A stretch of DNA of 64,000 nt, from the NCBI RefSeq assembly GCF_006345805.1, contig NC_042997.1, positions 67,332,001 through 67,396,000 of the forward strand, read 5' to 3'. Source of the DNA: Octopus sinensis. Taxonomy: Eukaryota. This document shows, piece after piece, positions 1 to 12,380 of this stretch. Position numbers and translations under genes: made by a program. How positions within the stretch are numbered: position 1 is the first letter of the stretch; each line of letters opens with the position of its first letter. The notes under the pieces were generated by a model. The model worked only from the letters and a program-made list of their open reading frames with translations, did not search any database and was not told the origin of the DNA.

Positions 1-474
1 ATTACGGCGGAAACTAACCGTTACGCTAAACGTAAACAAAACGAAAGAAAGGATAGTTTGTGGTTTCCCATAACCTTAAATGAAATTAAGACTATTTTGC
101 CATAAATATTATTATGGGTATCAGAAAGTTACCCAGAATAACAAATTCTATCGTAAAATTTTGTTGTATACCCAATTGAATATTAGCTAATAACCCATTT
201 TCTATAGCGATGTTTGAACAAAATTTTAATAATTTTATATTTTGTTGAATTTACCTGTATCTACCTGCAATTAGAGTCACTTTGTGACAAAAATAATAGT
301 ATAGAATTGGTTGAGAACATTTCATTAAATTAGCTTCCAAAATTCACATAAATATATTGATAAATAAAAAAGTTATAGTTGTTTAATGAAACCAGACTAA
401 GTTTATGATTATGTTAGAAATTAATTGAAACACATAAGGTGTGTATTTTGGTCAGAAATATAGTAACGAAAGGG
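1..474. mobile_element. Right part of a TTAA-flanked (piggyBac-type) non-autonomous element, truncated by the window edge
   Basis: Ends TAGTAACGAAAGGG|TTAA at 461-478, a CCC/GGG terminus plus TTAA as in the smaller MITEs. The left end is not visible. Confidence 0.45.
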
Positions 475-1171
475 TTAAGTATATAAAAATATAATTATAT
501 TTATAATCACAAGGATAACACTGTGACACAATTTTTGTCCATGGGTAGCAACTGTTATTTCCTATTTGCTTACCCCTATAAAGTATGGAAAATGGCTAAT
601 ATTTCCTTCAAACGTTGCTTTTGTTACATTTATCCAAATCCCAAAGAATCCATCTCAACACATGGCTATGATGCTTACCCACTACTACTGCTCAAAGATG
701 TACATATTGTCAGCCACTAGGGGTATGCTCAAGTGGTTATGGTAAAGTAACTGACAAGCACATCTGTGGGACTGAGCAGAATATTTGCTATAACGATATT
801 TCTGCTTCAGCAACTCAACACTGAATCAAAACATTGATATTCAGGTTACAAAAGCCAAGTTTGAAGGGAATAGTAATCATTTCCTTTGATTTCTTAGAAG
901 CAAATAGAAAACAATACTTACTGACCAAAGACAAAAAAATTAATATTTTGTTACACAGTGAAATTGATAGTATATTGTGTTCCTTAGGCATACTGTATAT
1001 TTTAATTGTAGCAGGCTACTTTATTGAAAAATATACATCACTCTACCAATATATAATTTATGAATAGTTTGACAGTGAAGATTGGAGGTAGTATAGGACT
1101 GGTTTAGTTCATTAAGCAGATAAGTTTCACTTGGAGATATTCTTCAAATCTAGAACTAAAGTAATACTTAC

Positions 1172-1323
1172 TTGACTCTAATCTCGGTTATTGTCTTTCG
1201 AGTATTAGCAAATTTTGCATTTGCATTCGTTAAAGCTCGTAAAATATTTTCTTGGGCAGCAAGGTTTTGTTCAATTAAATTGATTGTCTTATCATGCTTT
1301 TTCAACTGTTCTTCAAATATTTC
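1172..1323 (-). CDS. PTPN23: PTPN23 in-window exon 15 (V domain); gene continues below position 1
   Basis: TTCCAG/GTAAGT, 152 nt. EIFEEQLKKHDKTINLIEQNLAAQENILRALTNANAKFANTRKTITEIRV(K), resembling the recalled human LFEEQLKKYD...EQNLAAQ. Confidence 0.93.
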
Positions 1324-2321
1324 CTGGAAATTAGAAATTTGTTTTGTATCCCTTGAATTATTTAGATTATGAGGTTAAAATAAAATATCTAATTTGACAA
1401 GTGTAACAAAAATAAAAAATTGAGAGAGAGAGGTTAAAAATATTAAATATTTAAAGTTAACTATTAATGAGGTCAAAGCATTTTCAAATGCCTGAAGTAG
1501 ACATAAATATGATTTTAAAATGAAGGTTTTCCTCTTTTAAATGTAGAAAATAGTAAATCAACCATTAAAAGCTGTCAAAATCTTGTATTGAAAACCTGAC
1601 TACATTGCATCATAAAAAAAAAAAATCTAAGCAAATGGTGATAGTTATGAGGTTATGATGAATTTTTAAAAAGCAATTGGAACCAGCAAAATTTAGATAC
1701 TAGAATAGCAATCAGATTCCAAGATTTGTTAACTTTTAGATTAAACACTTCCAATTCATTCACTACAAAAAAACAACTTTTGAAAATTTAATTACCATAC
1801 ATCGTCTTACAAAATCTACAACTACTTAAGACAAAAAAAAACATATGAGCTAATTACTATCAATATTTTAAAATCTGTTTTTCCTATTGGCATGATTTAA
1901 ACTAATTACAGTATCTTTGTATGCACCTTATTTCATGCCATCTCATTCCTGAAACCCAATATCCTGACTACTAAACCTAACCACTTCATTCTATACATTC
2001 ATTAGCTGGCTTCTACAGCAGCACCATTTCACAACACATTTTGCATTCATAATATAATCATCCAGGCATATCAATACAATTTTAAATGCACAAGTATTGA
2101 CTATTCTTATTTGTATTGATACTGATTCAGGTTGTTATAGAAATCAAAAATGTCTTTATAAAAATGCTGAAGCAGTAACGAATAGATTTCAGAGCACTTT
2201 CTGAAATAAAGGAGCTCAATATTTAGTAATGAGTCACATAGATGTTTAACGGTAAATCTTTCAATTTCTAATTAAGACACGAGGACTTGAACTTACTTCA
2301 TTATATAATATTTCTAGTCAT

Positions 2322-2540
2322 TTAAACCTTTACCATTCAAACCAACCATATCTGGCCCAAATAGTCTCCCTGTTTTGTGTCTGAGCCAGATCCAGCCTTT
2401 CACACCAATCTTACAATATCATTCTAAAAATAAATTAGATCACTGAAATCTCGAAGCTACAAGATAATACATGATTAATTCAAAATAATGTGAATAAATA
2501 AGAATTACATTTGACAGAGTAATATGAATACTAAAAAGAT
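2322..2540. mobile_element. ~200-bp TTAA MITE, degraded copy
   Basis: Shares internal sequence (TTAATTCAAAA..ATGTGAATAAATAAG..ATTAC.TTTGACAGA) with 12183-12380; termini are eroded. Confidence 0.6.
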
Positions 2541-2904
2541 AAATTGGAGGAATACCAAAAACGATCGGTCAAACAGGATTCCTTACAATAGTCAATTTTG
2601 TTCCATCTTTTATAGTTTCTATCAGGCTTTACTTGGCCTTTCATTCTTCCAGAGTCAGTAAAATAACTACTAGCAAAGTTTAGAAGTCAATCCAGTGAAC
2701 TATGAACTTTCCCTAAAAATTACTGATCTTCTGTAAGAAATTCATATTTTAAATTACTTCAACAATTAAGGTATAGTTTTAACTACACAAGCAGTATATC
2801 AAAGCTGTGGTAATGAAACCAGTCTGTGTACTTCCTATAGACTGCATTTTTTTTAAAATTCAATAACCAGACTTACAATTAGATAAGAAATCTACTTAAA
2901 TAAC

Positions 2905-3062
2905 CTGTTTGTTTGCTTCTTGTGTTACCAACACATTTGTAATATCATCTTCTTGTAGTTTGGTACGAAATTGTTCCTCAAGCATGACACGCTGTGATTT
3001 CATCTCGTCCACTTTTGCTAGCAATTTTTTTAGCTCTTTTTGGACAGCTTCCTCTTCCGGAT
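2905..3062 (-). CDS. PTPN23: PTPN23 in-window exon 14 (V domain)
   Basis: CATTAG/GTTATT, 158 nt. (N)PEEEAVQKELKKLLAKVDEMKSQRVMLEEQFRTKLQEDDITNVLVTQEANKQ. Confidence 0.93.
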
Positions 3063-3704
3063 CTAATGAAAATACAAAACCAGATTTATATTTGAAACAT
3101 CATTATAAATTACAACATTAATTATGTTTACACTTATTTCACTATTTGTTTTTAAATGCTGGTGATAACCTTGAATTCTTTCTCTCAAGTTTTATATTGT
3201 TTTGTCATGTCAGTATATGAATGATTATATAGACATAAATAGTCCTTTATCTCTCATCACTTTTCAACAATGTTTACCACCAGCCACATGAAGTATGTGA
3301 GCGTTTCATTATTTTCTATGCAGATGATTTACTCCCTGGGTTATGTCCCCTCAGGTTTTTGTTTTTGCACACCAGTGTTTCTGCATAACTATTCTTTGCT
3401 CTATATTGACATAGCAAACATGTGAATGAAAAAACATTGAAGAAATCTAATAAAATCAAGATATATCCAGAGCTGTCATTATGTCTGCTAAAGATCAGAC
3501 TATCTTTACCCTCACTACATCACATATTTCCAATTTCATCTGCATATTTAAGAGAGTAATTTGTTGCACATACATGCTTCAAGGTTAATAGAGTATTGCA
3601 CTAGCCAATCCTTTACCTCTATAGTATACCAGTTGACTCCTTACAGTTGAAAAGGAGTGACTAGTTGGATATATCCTATTAAAACAAAGTTGCTTCAACT
3701 GTGC

Positions 3705-3880
3705 ATGTTGTGTGAGTGCGCGTGCATGAGAGAGAGAGCGTGTGTGCGTGCGAGAGCATGTGTGTGTGTATGCATGCATGAGAGAGCGTGCGTGTGTGAA
3801 AGAGTGTGCGTGCGTGAGAGAGCATGCATGCGTGAGAGAGAGCATACGCATGTGAGAGCATGTGCATGAGGTGTGTGTAT
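3705..3880. repeat. Compound (TG/CG/GA/CATG) microsatellite
   Basis: Directly visible dinucleotide mosaic; source of the spurious ORFs at 3585-3923. Confidence 0.9.
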
Positions 3881-4209
3881 TGATCCTGTCTTTATTTTCA
3901 CTATTTGAGCAAATCAGTGACACTGTTTACATTCCCCAGTAAACAAAAGCATCATAGTTCAGATAGTTTCAATGTGTGATGACTATTGCAATGAAAAATT
4001 ACTTTACTTGAAAAATAAGGGTTGGTGAAAGGAAAAACATCCAGGTCTATAAAATCTACCTCAATCTTGTCTAAAGTATGCCAGCATGGAAAAACCAACA
4101 TAAAAAAATGAAATGAAACTGATATGAATATACCTAAACGTTTAGATGTCCCAGTTATGTTAGTATGGAATAAATAAATGAATATAAAATAAAAATACCA
4201 AAAACTTAC

Positions 4210-4414
4210 TTTTAATGCTGTCGTAATTAGGTAAAGAGTTCTGTATGTCTTCAAGAGGTCCACTGATTAACTTTAAGTTGGCAACATGAGCATTCATTGC
4301 TTTGTGAAGATCTTTATTAGATTTACTGCCCCTTGCATGCCCAGACTCATACAATTCACAGTCTTTCTGGATTTGGTTTAGGATTGTCATTGGAGGTCTT
4401 TTACCAAAAGTTTT
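4210..4414 (-). CDS. PTPN23: PTPN23 in-window exon 13 (V domain)
   Basis: CTTCAG/GTAAGT, 205 nt. KTFGKRPPMTILNQIQKDCELYESGHARGSKSNKDLHKAMNAHVANLKLISGPLEDIQNSLPNYDSIK. Confidence 0.93.
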
Positions 4415-5151
4415 CTGAAGGAGGAAAATGCATAAAAAGAAAGTTGAAATAGATTATGCTGCATTTAATTAGAGAAATTTTTTTTATATCCATTTCCCAT
4501 GCAATTTAACTGGTTTCTTTTCATGCTTTTTTTTTTTTTCATGACACTAAAACAAATAAATAATAAACAAGGTTCGAGAAATAACTCAATGGATTATTTA
4601 AAACAACTTTTGCATGATATAATATATCCCGTGAGCTGCAAATTTTTATGCCAATATATACACAACTAATATCAACAGACAAAAAAAAAACTGATAAAGA
4701 TTATGAATGACTTTCTAATTGACATGCTAATTGGTTGAGACACTTGTGAAAATTTTCAGGCTTATTTTAATGGCATTCGTGTTGAATGTAAGCAGTCCAC
4801 AATTATTTACCAGACCTCAAATAAGAGCTGTTTTTAGTCACAAATAGCAATATAATAAGACAGGTGCATTACATACACTTTACATATTTATAGGATTTAT
4901 TTTCAATTTTTATGCAAGATAATTTTTAAGTATAACAAAAATTATCTCAAAAGATAGCATACCTGATCTATCATGAATTCAAAAATTCTCACAAGTATTC
5001 TGCCTTCACCAATAGTATTTTGTGAATTAGATTACACTACATTGAATTAGAGAAATGTTTTACATGCTTCTCATGCAATTCAACTGATTTCGTTTTATGT
5101 TTTCTCATAAATGATTCTAGAACAAATAAAGAAATAATTCAATGGATTATT

Positions 5152-5357
5152 CTTTTCTACTCTAGGAACAAGGCCCAAAAATTTTGGGGGAGGGAGACAG
5201 TCGATTAGATCGACCCCAGTACACAACTGGTACTTAATTTATTGACCCTGAAAGGCAAAGTCAACCTCAGCAGAATTTGAGCTCAGCACACTGGGCGAAA
5301 TGCTTAGTGGTATTTCGTCTGTTTTTACTTTCTAACAATTCTGCCAGTTTGCCAACT
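5152..5357 (-). mobile_element. tRNA-like SINE family B copy with a 17-bp TSD and an internal microinversion
   Basis: TSD TAATTCAATG(G/A)ATTATT at 5135-5151 and 5358-5374. B-box-like GAGCTCAAATT on the - strand. Homologous to 62863-63072 and 25222-25432. Confidence 0.85.
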
Positions 5358-6357
5358 TAATTCAATGAATTATTAAAACAACAATGACTATCATTGTTAT
5401 ACTTCCCATCAGCCACTATTAGCTTTTAGTAGTTTTAAAAATGGGTATTTAATTACTCATGCCATTATAGTTCTTCCCATTTCAGAACAATACTGTAATG
5501 TTCATCTATTTATGTGTTCTTTAATCTTTATTAGCAATTTCATCATCTCTAACAAGATCAATGTACAAATGAATGGTTTTTTGTTTTGTTTTTTTTGGAA
5601 GGGGGACAAATAAAAACTCTTCCTGATTTTAAAGAGAAGTTGAGGTTTATCCAACAAATTCATTTTTTACCTAATACCTTGTTCAGAGATTCCTCTCCAC
5701 TTTCACTCATTTCCTCTCTTATCCCATTCCTATAATCATTTTTAATAAATAAAACTACTGGTTAATTTCTCTCAGTTCTAATACTGATTACAACCAACAA
5801 TAAAATGAAAGCTAACAGTTGGTGACAGTGGCAAACACTAAGAAAAATTGCTTATTACAGAACAAATTACAATAAATGTTGATGTCAAATCAGTATTAGT
5901 GCTGCCTATCCAGATTTTCTTTCTGTGGAAATGTTACCTGGAAGTTTGAAACAGAAACACAATAGGGTGTATACACTAGAAAGTTTTGTTGCTTCAGAAC
6001 AGTTCATTAGTTGGCATATGTCAGTATGACTAAGCAAAGGGTTTGTTCCCTCAAGTTATAACCAAGAGTCAGAAACTCTTGTTAGATTCATTTGTCTGGT
6101 GTAGCTTTGGCTGAGGAGACACAATGTCAAAACACTGAGTGTGCCAGAGTCCCCTTACACTAATGAATCAAGTGTGTTATGAATACATATTTAGCTGAAA
6201 GAAGAAATTGTTCTCCAAAGACAAAATACAACAGCAATTAACATATTCACATTTGAATCTGCTGAAAAGTATTCAGAATTAATAAATAAATTCATTAGTT
6301 ACGCTTATGAAATTAATTTACCAGGACTACATACACACCATAAACAACCACCACCAA

Positions 6358-6720
6358 CATCATCATTTAACATCCGTCATCCATACTGGCATGGTTAGAC
6401 AGTTTGACTGGAGCTGGTGATCCAGAGAGCTGCATAGGCTTCAGTCTGTTTTGGTTTGATTTCTACAGTTGGATGCCCTTTCTAATGCCAACCAGTCTAC
6501 AGAAGGTACTGGCCGTCTTTTACATGCCAATGGCATGGATGCCTTTTACATGTTACTAACACTAATCATAACCATGATTTTGCTTAGCTTGGCATTCTTC
6601 TTTCTCAAGCACAACAAATCCCCAGAAGTCTCAGTCACTTTCATTGCCTCCACGAGACTCAACAACTGAAAATTGTATTTCACCACCTTGTCCCATGTCT
6701 AACCATTATACCAAGCAAAA
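6358..6720 (-). mobile_element. 5'-truncated RTE 3'-end copy
   Basis: (CAT)n tail then TTTAACATCCG...GGATGCCCTTTCTAATGCCAACC, homologous to the LINE tail at 7078-7270. Confidence 0.75.
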
Positions 6721-6830
6721 ACTGCTAAACATGGTATTTTATAAAACAACCAAAGACTGTTAAACTTAGTGTTTTATAAAATCATGTCATCATGAAAAAA
6801 GATGGTAAAAGGAAATAAAAAAATTCTTAC

Positions 6831-6922
6831 TTCAAATTCCTCTTCTGCTTTTATTTCCTTCTCAATTAGTTCTTTCACTTCTTTGATTCCCATCTCAACT
6901 TCAGTTGCAAAACCAGATAGCT
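6831..6922 (-). CDS. PTPN23: PTPN23 in-window exon 12 (V domain)
   Basis: GTGTAG/GTAAGA, 92 nt. (K)LSGFATEVEMGIKEVKELIEKEIKAEEEFE. Confidence 0.9.
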
Positions 6923-7077
6923 CTACACGAGAAAAAAAAATCTTAAAAACAAACATATATATATATAATGTCTATGTAACCAATGTAGTTGACATAAACA
7001 GAGATATACATACACACACATATATATATATATGCTGATGCACAAACAAACATACAGCTAATTAGAGATATTTGTAT

Positions 7078-10000
7078 CATCATCATCATCATCATCATCA
7101 TTTAGCGTCCGTTTTCCATGCTAGCATGGGTGGACGGTTCTACTGGGGTCTGTGAAGCCAGAAGGCTTCATCAGGCCCAGTCAAATCTGGCAGTGTTTCT
7201 ACGGCTGGATGCCCTTCCTAACGCCAACCACTCCGTGAGTGTAGTGGGTGCTTTTTACGTGCCACCCGCACTGGTGCCAGACAGAGCTGGCAAACGGCCA
7301 CGAACGGATGGTGCTTTTTATGTGCCACCGGCACGAGGGCCAGGCGAGGCTGGCAACGGACACGAAACGGGGCGGTGCTGGCAACGGTCGCGAAACGGAA
7401 AGTTCTCTTACATGCCACCGGCACTGGTAACACATCTGCAATTTCCATTGATCGATTTCGATTCTGATCCTCACTTGCCTCAATGGGTCTTCACAAGCAG
7501 AGTTTCGACATGCCACCGGCACTGGTAGCACATCCGCAATTTCCATTGATCGATTTCGATTCTGATCCTCACTTGCCTCAACACGTCTTCACAAGTAGAG
7601 TTTTGTGTCCCAAGAAGGGAAGGTATGCATACGTAGGCTGGCTCCATCCCATGTAGAAGGCCACGGGTTGTGGACTCACTTGTCCTGCCGGGTCTTCTCG
7701 CGCACAGCACACTTCCAGGTCTCGGTCTCTAGTCATTTCCTCAGTGAGACCTAAAGTTCGAAGGTCGTGCTTCACCACCTCGTCCCAGGTTTTCCTGGGT
7801 CTGCCTCTTCCACAGGTTCCCTCAACCGCTAGGGTGTGGCACTTTTTCACACAACTATCTTCATCCATTCTCGCCACATGACCATACCAGCGCAAACGTC
7901 TCTCTTGCACACCACAACTGATGCTTCTTAGGTCCAACTTTTCTCTCAAGGTACTTACACTCTGCCGAGTGTGAGTACCGGCATTACACATCCATCGGAG
8001 CATACTGGCTTCATTTCTAGCGAGCTTACGCATATCCTCAGCAGTCACGGCCCATGTTTCACTGCCATGTAGCATGGCTGTTCGTACACACGCATCATAC
8101 AGTCTGCCTTTCACTCTGTGCGAGAGGCCTTTTGTCACCAGCAGAGGTAAGAGCTCTCTGAACTTTGCCCAAGCTATTCTTACTCTAGCAGTTACACTTT
8201 CAGCACACCCGCCCCCGCTGCTGACTTGGTCACCTAGGTAACGGAAACTATCAACTATTTCTAGTTTTTCTCCCTGGAAAGTGACGGAAGTTGGTCTCAG
8301 AGCATTTTCAGTGTTTATTGTTCCTGAGCATCTGCCACATACAAAAACCATCTTCCTAGTTAGCCTTCCTTTGACATTGCTGCATCTCTTATGTGTCCAT
8401 AGCTTACACTTGGTGCATCTTATAGAGTTTCTACCTACACCTTTTCTACAGATCGAGCAGGGCCATCTACCTGAAGGTGTTTGTGATTTGTCTACCTTCC
8501 TACTGATTACGACTTTGGTTTTAGCTAGATTGACTCTGAGGCCCTTCGATTCTAATCCTTGTTTCCACACCTGAAACTTCTCCAGTTCTGATAGCGACTC
8601 AGCAATTAGAGCAAGGTCATCAGCATAGAGGAGCTCCCAAGGGCATCCTGTCTTGAATTCCTCCGTTATTGCCTGGAGGACTATGATAAATAGGAGGGGG
8701 CTGAGTACTGAGCCTTGGTGGACCCCTACCTCTACCCGGAATTCTTCACTGTACTCATTTCCAACCCTCACCCTACTAGCGGCGTCCCTATACATGGCCC
8801 GCACAGCTCTCACTAACCATTCATCTATCCCTAGTTTTCTCATTGCCCACCAGATAAGGGATCGGGGGACCCTGTCGAAGGCTTTCTCCATGTCAACAAA
8901 AGCCAGGTACAGGGGCTTATCTTTGGCTAGGTATTTCTCCTGCAGCTGCCTTACCAGGAATATAGCATCAGTAGTACTTTTCCCTGGCACAAACCCAAAC
9001 TGCATCTCATCTAAACTAACTCTCTCTCTAATTAGTTGGGCTATGACCCTCTCCGTAACCTTCATCACCTGGTCCAACAGCTTGATACCTCTGTAGTTAT
9101 TTGTATCTAGGGCATCACCTTTACCTTTGTAGCAGTTGACTATTATACTGCTACACCAGTCATTGGGTATGACCCCTTTGTGTATCACCTGATTAACTAT
9201 ATGGGTGACTAGGCTATAGCCGACACTACCAGACATTTTGAGCATCTCTGCAGTGATTCCTGATGGGCCTGGGGCTTTCCCTGTCTTCATGCTTCTAATT
9301 GCCTTAGCTACCACAGAACTATCAACTCGGATAGCTGGTCCCTCTGTTGGGTCAACATTCGGCAGACTCTCTTTATCCCATTCATTTTCTTCATTCAGCA
9401 ACCTTTCATAGTGGCATCTCCAAACCTCTCTCTTCGCATCCTCATTTAGCGCAAGTGAACCATCTTCCATGCGAACACACTTCTCTCCTACCACATCACG
9501 ATTCTCTCTCAAACACTGTCTTGCAACACGAAACACCTCCAGTCTTTGGTCCTCACGGCGCAGAACATTGGCAAATTTTTTCTTATCTGCTTCCCCTCTG
9601 GCTAAATAAACCTGTCTCCTAGCTTCTCTTTTGGCAGTCTGATACAATTCCCTGCTACCCCCATTTTTCCAGACCTTCCAAGCCTGTCTCTTTTCTCTAA
9701 TAGCCCTGTCTACAATATTGTTCCACCACCACGTTATTCTAGGTCGAGAGGGGACTTTGCACCAGCCACAGATCTGGTCAGTGGCTCTCAGCAGGTTGTC
9801 CCTTAGAAACGTCCAGCTGTCTTCTACCCCCTGTGATGCTCTATCCCCTTCTACTTCGTCAGAGGCTTCAAGTAATATGTCCCTAAATCTCTGTCCATTT
9901 GCAGGATCTTTAAGCTTCCAGATCCTTCTTCTCCATATTTGTCGTCTTCTGGTTGTCCTCCTAGTCCTGATCCTAAGTCACTAACTACCAGTCTATGTTG

Positions 10001-10645
10001 TGGGGTACATTCTTCACCTGGGAAGGTTTTGGCATTTATAAGCAGCCATCTCTCCCTTTGCCTTGTAAGGATGTAGTCAATTTGGCTGGTATGTTGGCCC
10101 GATTGGTAAGTGACTAGGTGGCTGGTAGGTTTCCTGAAGTTAGTGTTGCAAATCATAAGATTATTGCATCGCAGAACTCCAGCAGCCTGGTTCCCTCCTC
10201 GTTGCGGGAGCCATAGCCATAGCCTCCATGTACGCCATGGAAGCCCCCAGCATGTCGTCCAACGTGACCATTGAAGTCACCAGCCACAAAGATAAGGTCT
10301 CTGTCGTTCGTCAATGAGGTAGTCTGCAGTAGAGTGTCATAGAATCGGTCTTTCTGTCCATCGGGTAGCCCCGACTGAGGAGCATAGGCTGATATAATGG
10401 TTGCTAAACTATGATGAAGCACTAATCTAATCTTAAGTATTCTGTCACTTACTCTGATTACTTCAATTACTTTATCTACCCATTCTCAGCGATAAGTATA
10501 CCCACGCCACCAACCCCGTCAGTGTTCCCTGCCCAGAAAATCTTGTACCTGCGTTCCTTGCCTGTGAGGAACCTAGCTGATCCTCCTCTCCACCTTATTT
10601 CTTGCATGCAACATATATCCACACATCTCCGTTCAAGCATCTCGA
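7078..10645 (-). mobile_element. RTE-clade non-LTR retrotransposon, near full length, slightly 5'-truncated within the endonuclease, few frameshifts
   Basis: APE endonuclease motifs (MQEIRW, YAPQ, GDFNGHVG, SQIDYIL) at about 9850-10645; RT ORF 7578-9647; 3'UTR and (GAT)n tail at 7078-7102. Possible short TSD TGTAT at 7073-7077 and 10646-10650 (weak). Confidence 0.93.
7578..9647 (-). pseudogene. RTE ORF2 reverse transcriptase segment (689 aa) with an internal Cys/His finger
   Basis: KAPGPSGI, NYRGIKLL, QFGF, FVDMEKAFDRV, GVHQGSVLSPLLF, LLYADD, KTKV...YLG. A frameshift near the C-terminus alters the last residues. Confidence 0.93.
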
Positions 10646-11082
10646 CTGTATATACTGTATAATTCTAAATTGATTACTAAAGCAGTAAGGTCTCATATTT
10701 TGTGTTTTAATGTATGTTGTTTTGGCTGATTCTTCCACTCACCAGCTACCAAATTTCTTCAGAAATATTCATTTCCCTAGAGCTGGTTTGAACAATAAAA
10801 AATTATCACTCAGTTCAAAGCCCTTATTCATTACTTTCACTTTAATTCAGGACTCCAATTAGAGTTCAAGGATCTTATTACTAGGCCCCATTTTCAAGAA
10901 TTGCCAATCTCTAATTTAGAAGTTCAATAGTTTAAGCACTTACGCTCCATACTAAAAGAAAAACAGCATTTGATCAAGCAGAAGCTATCATGACTCAATG
11001 ATTAAATATACTTATGATGAATTAAAAATATTAAGTAATGATAATTACTCAAGTAATACAAGAATGATAAGAAAACACTTAC

Positions 11083-11222
11083 TTCCCATTACATCGACCA
11101 GATCTTTGATTGCATTTGGTCGTGCACTGATAGCTGCACATCTTTCCAGCAAATCTTGAGGCAAGCGGCTTGCTTCAGGTTCTAAAATACTCTTTTCTAG
11201 TTGTAATGAAGTAAGAAAATGT
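11083..11222 (-). CDS. PTPN23: PTPN23 in-window exon 11 (V domain)
   Basis: TTTCAG/GTAAGT, 140 nt. (E)HFLTSLQLEKSILEPEASRLPQDLLERCAAISARPNAIKDLVDVMG. Confidence 0.92.
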
Positions 11223-11879
11223 CTGAAAATATGTAAAAACATATTTTGAAAAATTCATTGCTGAATGCATTTTTCTTCCATTTTTTTTATATTTGTTATA
11301 TGGACATTCAATACAAAATTTAAGAAATTCAAAACTGAATTCACATTAAATACAATGAAATATCAAGCTAGATTCATTTCAAAAACAATGACAGTAATTA
11401 TTAGTAATCAGCAATATCAGTCAATGATAAATTGAAAAACTTGCCTTTCCAAGAAGGTGCGATATTTATGCTTTTCAATAGGCATAATAAAACGCCTACA
11501 ACTGACAGAATGAAGTCAAAAATTCAGCTTTTTAGGGTCTTTCAGAATTCTACAACTGAAATCTTTGTAGAATCTTTCATTGTAGTAATGTTATTCTGAG
11601 TTAAAAACCCATGAATATCAACTTAGTCTTTTAGACTATATCAACTCTGATCAAGAGGTGTTCCATCCATAATCCTCCTGTCTCTTTAGATGTATCTAGG
11701 ATTACATTATTTAATGTTCCTTTTCAAGCCAACAAGCTGTGTTTCAAGGAAGATCTTTCTACTATTTTTAACAGTAATTCTGTAAGAGAATGGGATAAAA
11801 GGTAGCAAGTCAGCATTGGTTGTCAATAAACATCACTAGTATCCATGTAGAAGACAGAAAAATTAGCATTTAATTTTTC

Positions 11880-12005
11880 TTCTAGTGCTGAATCTACCTT
11901 GGTCAAGCAACCATGTAAAGGATTACTCATTAGCTTGTTTTGTCCAGGAAGTAAACCCATGTTGTTTGCATGGCAAGTGAGTTCTCTATCAATGGACCAC
12001 TGATA
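11880..12005. repeat. Unclassified dispersed repeat, copy 1
   Basis: TGCTGA.TC.ACC.TGGTCAAGCAACCATGTAAAGGATT.CTCATTAGCTT...GTTCTCTATCAATGGACCACTGATA is shared with 24175-24310. Confidence 0.8.
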
Positions 12006-12182
12006 TGTAAAAATAAAGTTATACATGTTCATATGTAGGAAAATATAGGAAGTCAATAAAATTTCATAGTTGAATAAAATATCTACCATGTTTTATGAGT
12101 TTAATTTGGTTTCAGTCATGAGAGTGCAGCCATGCTGGAGCACTTAGCTGAAATGTTGCACATCAGCTGCCAATAAACTTAA

Positions 12183-12380
12183 CCCTTCAGCATTTAAACC
12201 AGCCGAGACATTCTACCTGTTTTATGTTCAAACTGGCCAGATCTGATTTCTTACAGACATTCTAAAAAACTAACAGTGGCCCCATCACAATCTCATAGCT
12301 AGAAGATAATGTATTATTAATTCAAAACAATGTGAATAAATAAGCATTACTTTTGACAGAATAAGATGACTGCTAAAGGG
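12183..12380. mobile_element. 198-bp MITE with TIRs and TTAA target duplication (piggyBac-type)
   Basis: TTAA|CCCTTCAGCA ... TGCTAAAGGG|TTAA; TIRs match at 9/10. Confidence 0.85.

Noticed and set aside
7145-7176. - strand CTGATGA-AGCC-TTCT-GGCT, resembling a hammerhead core plus stem II
   Set aside because: It is followed by TCAC rather than GAAA, and the sister copy at 38707 reads GGCTGCACCAGG here, so the CUGAUGA looks incidental.
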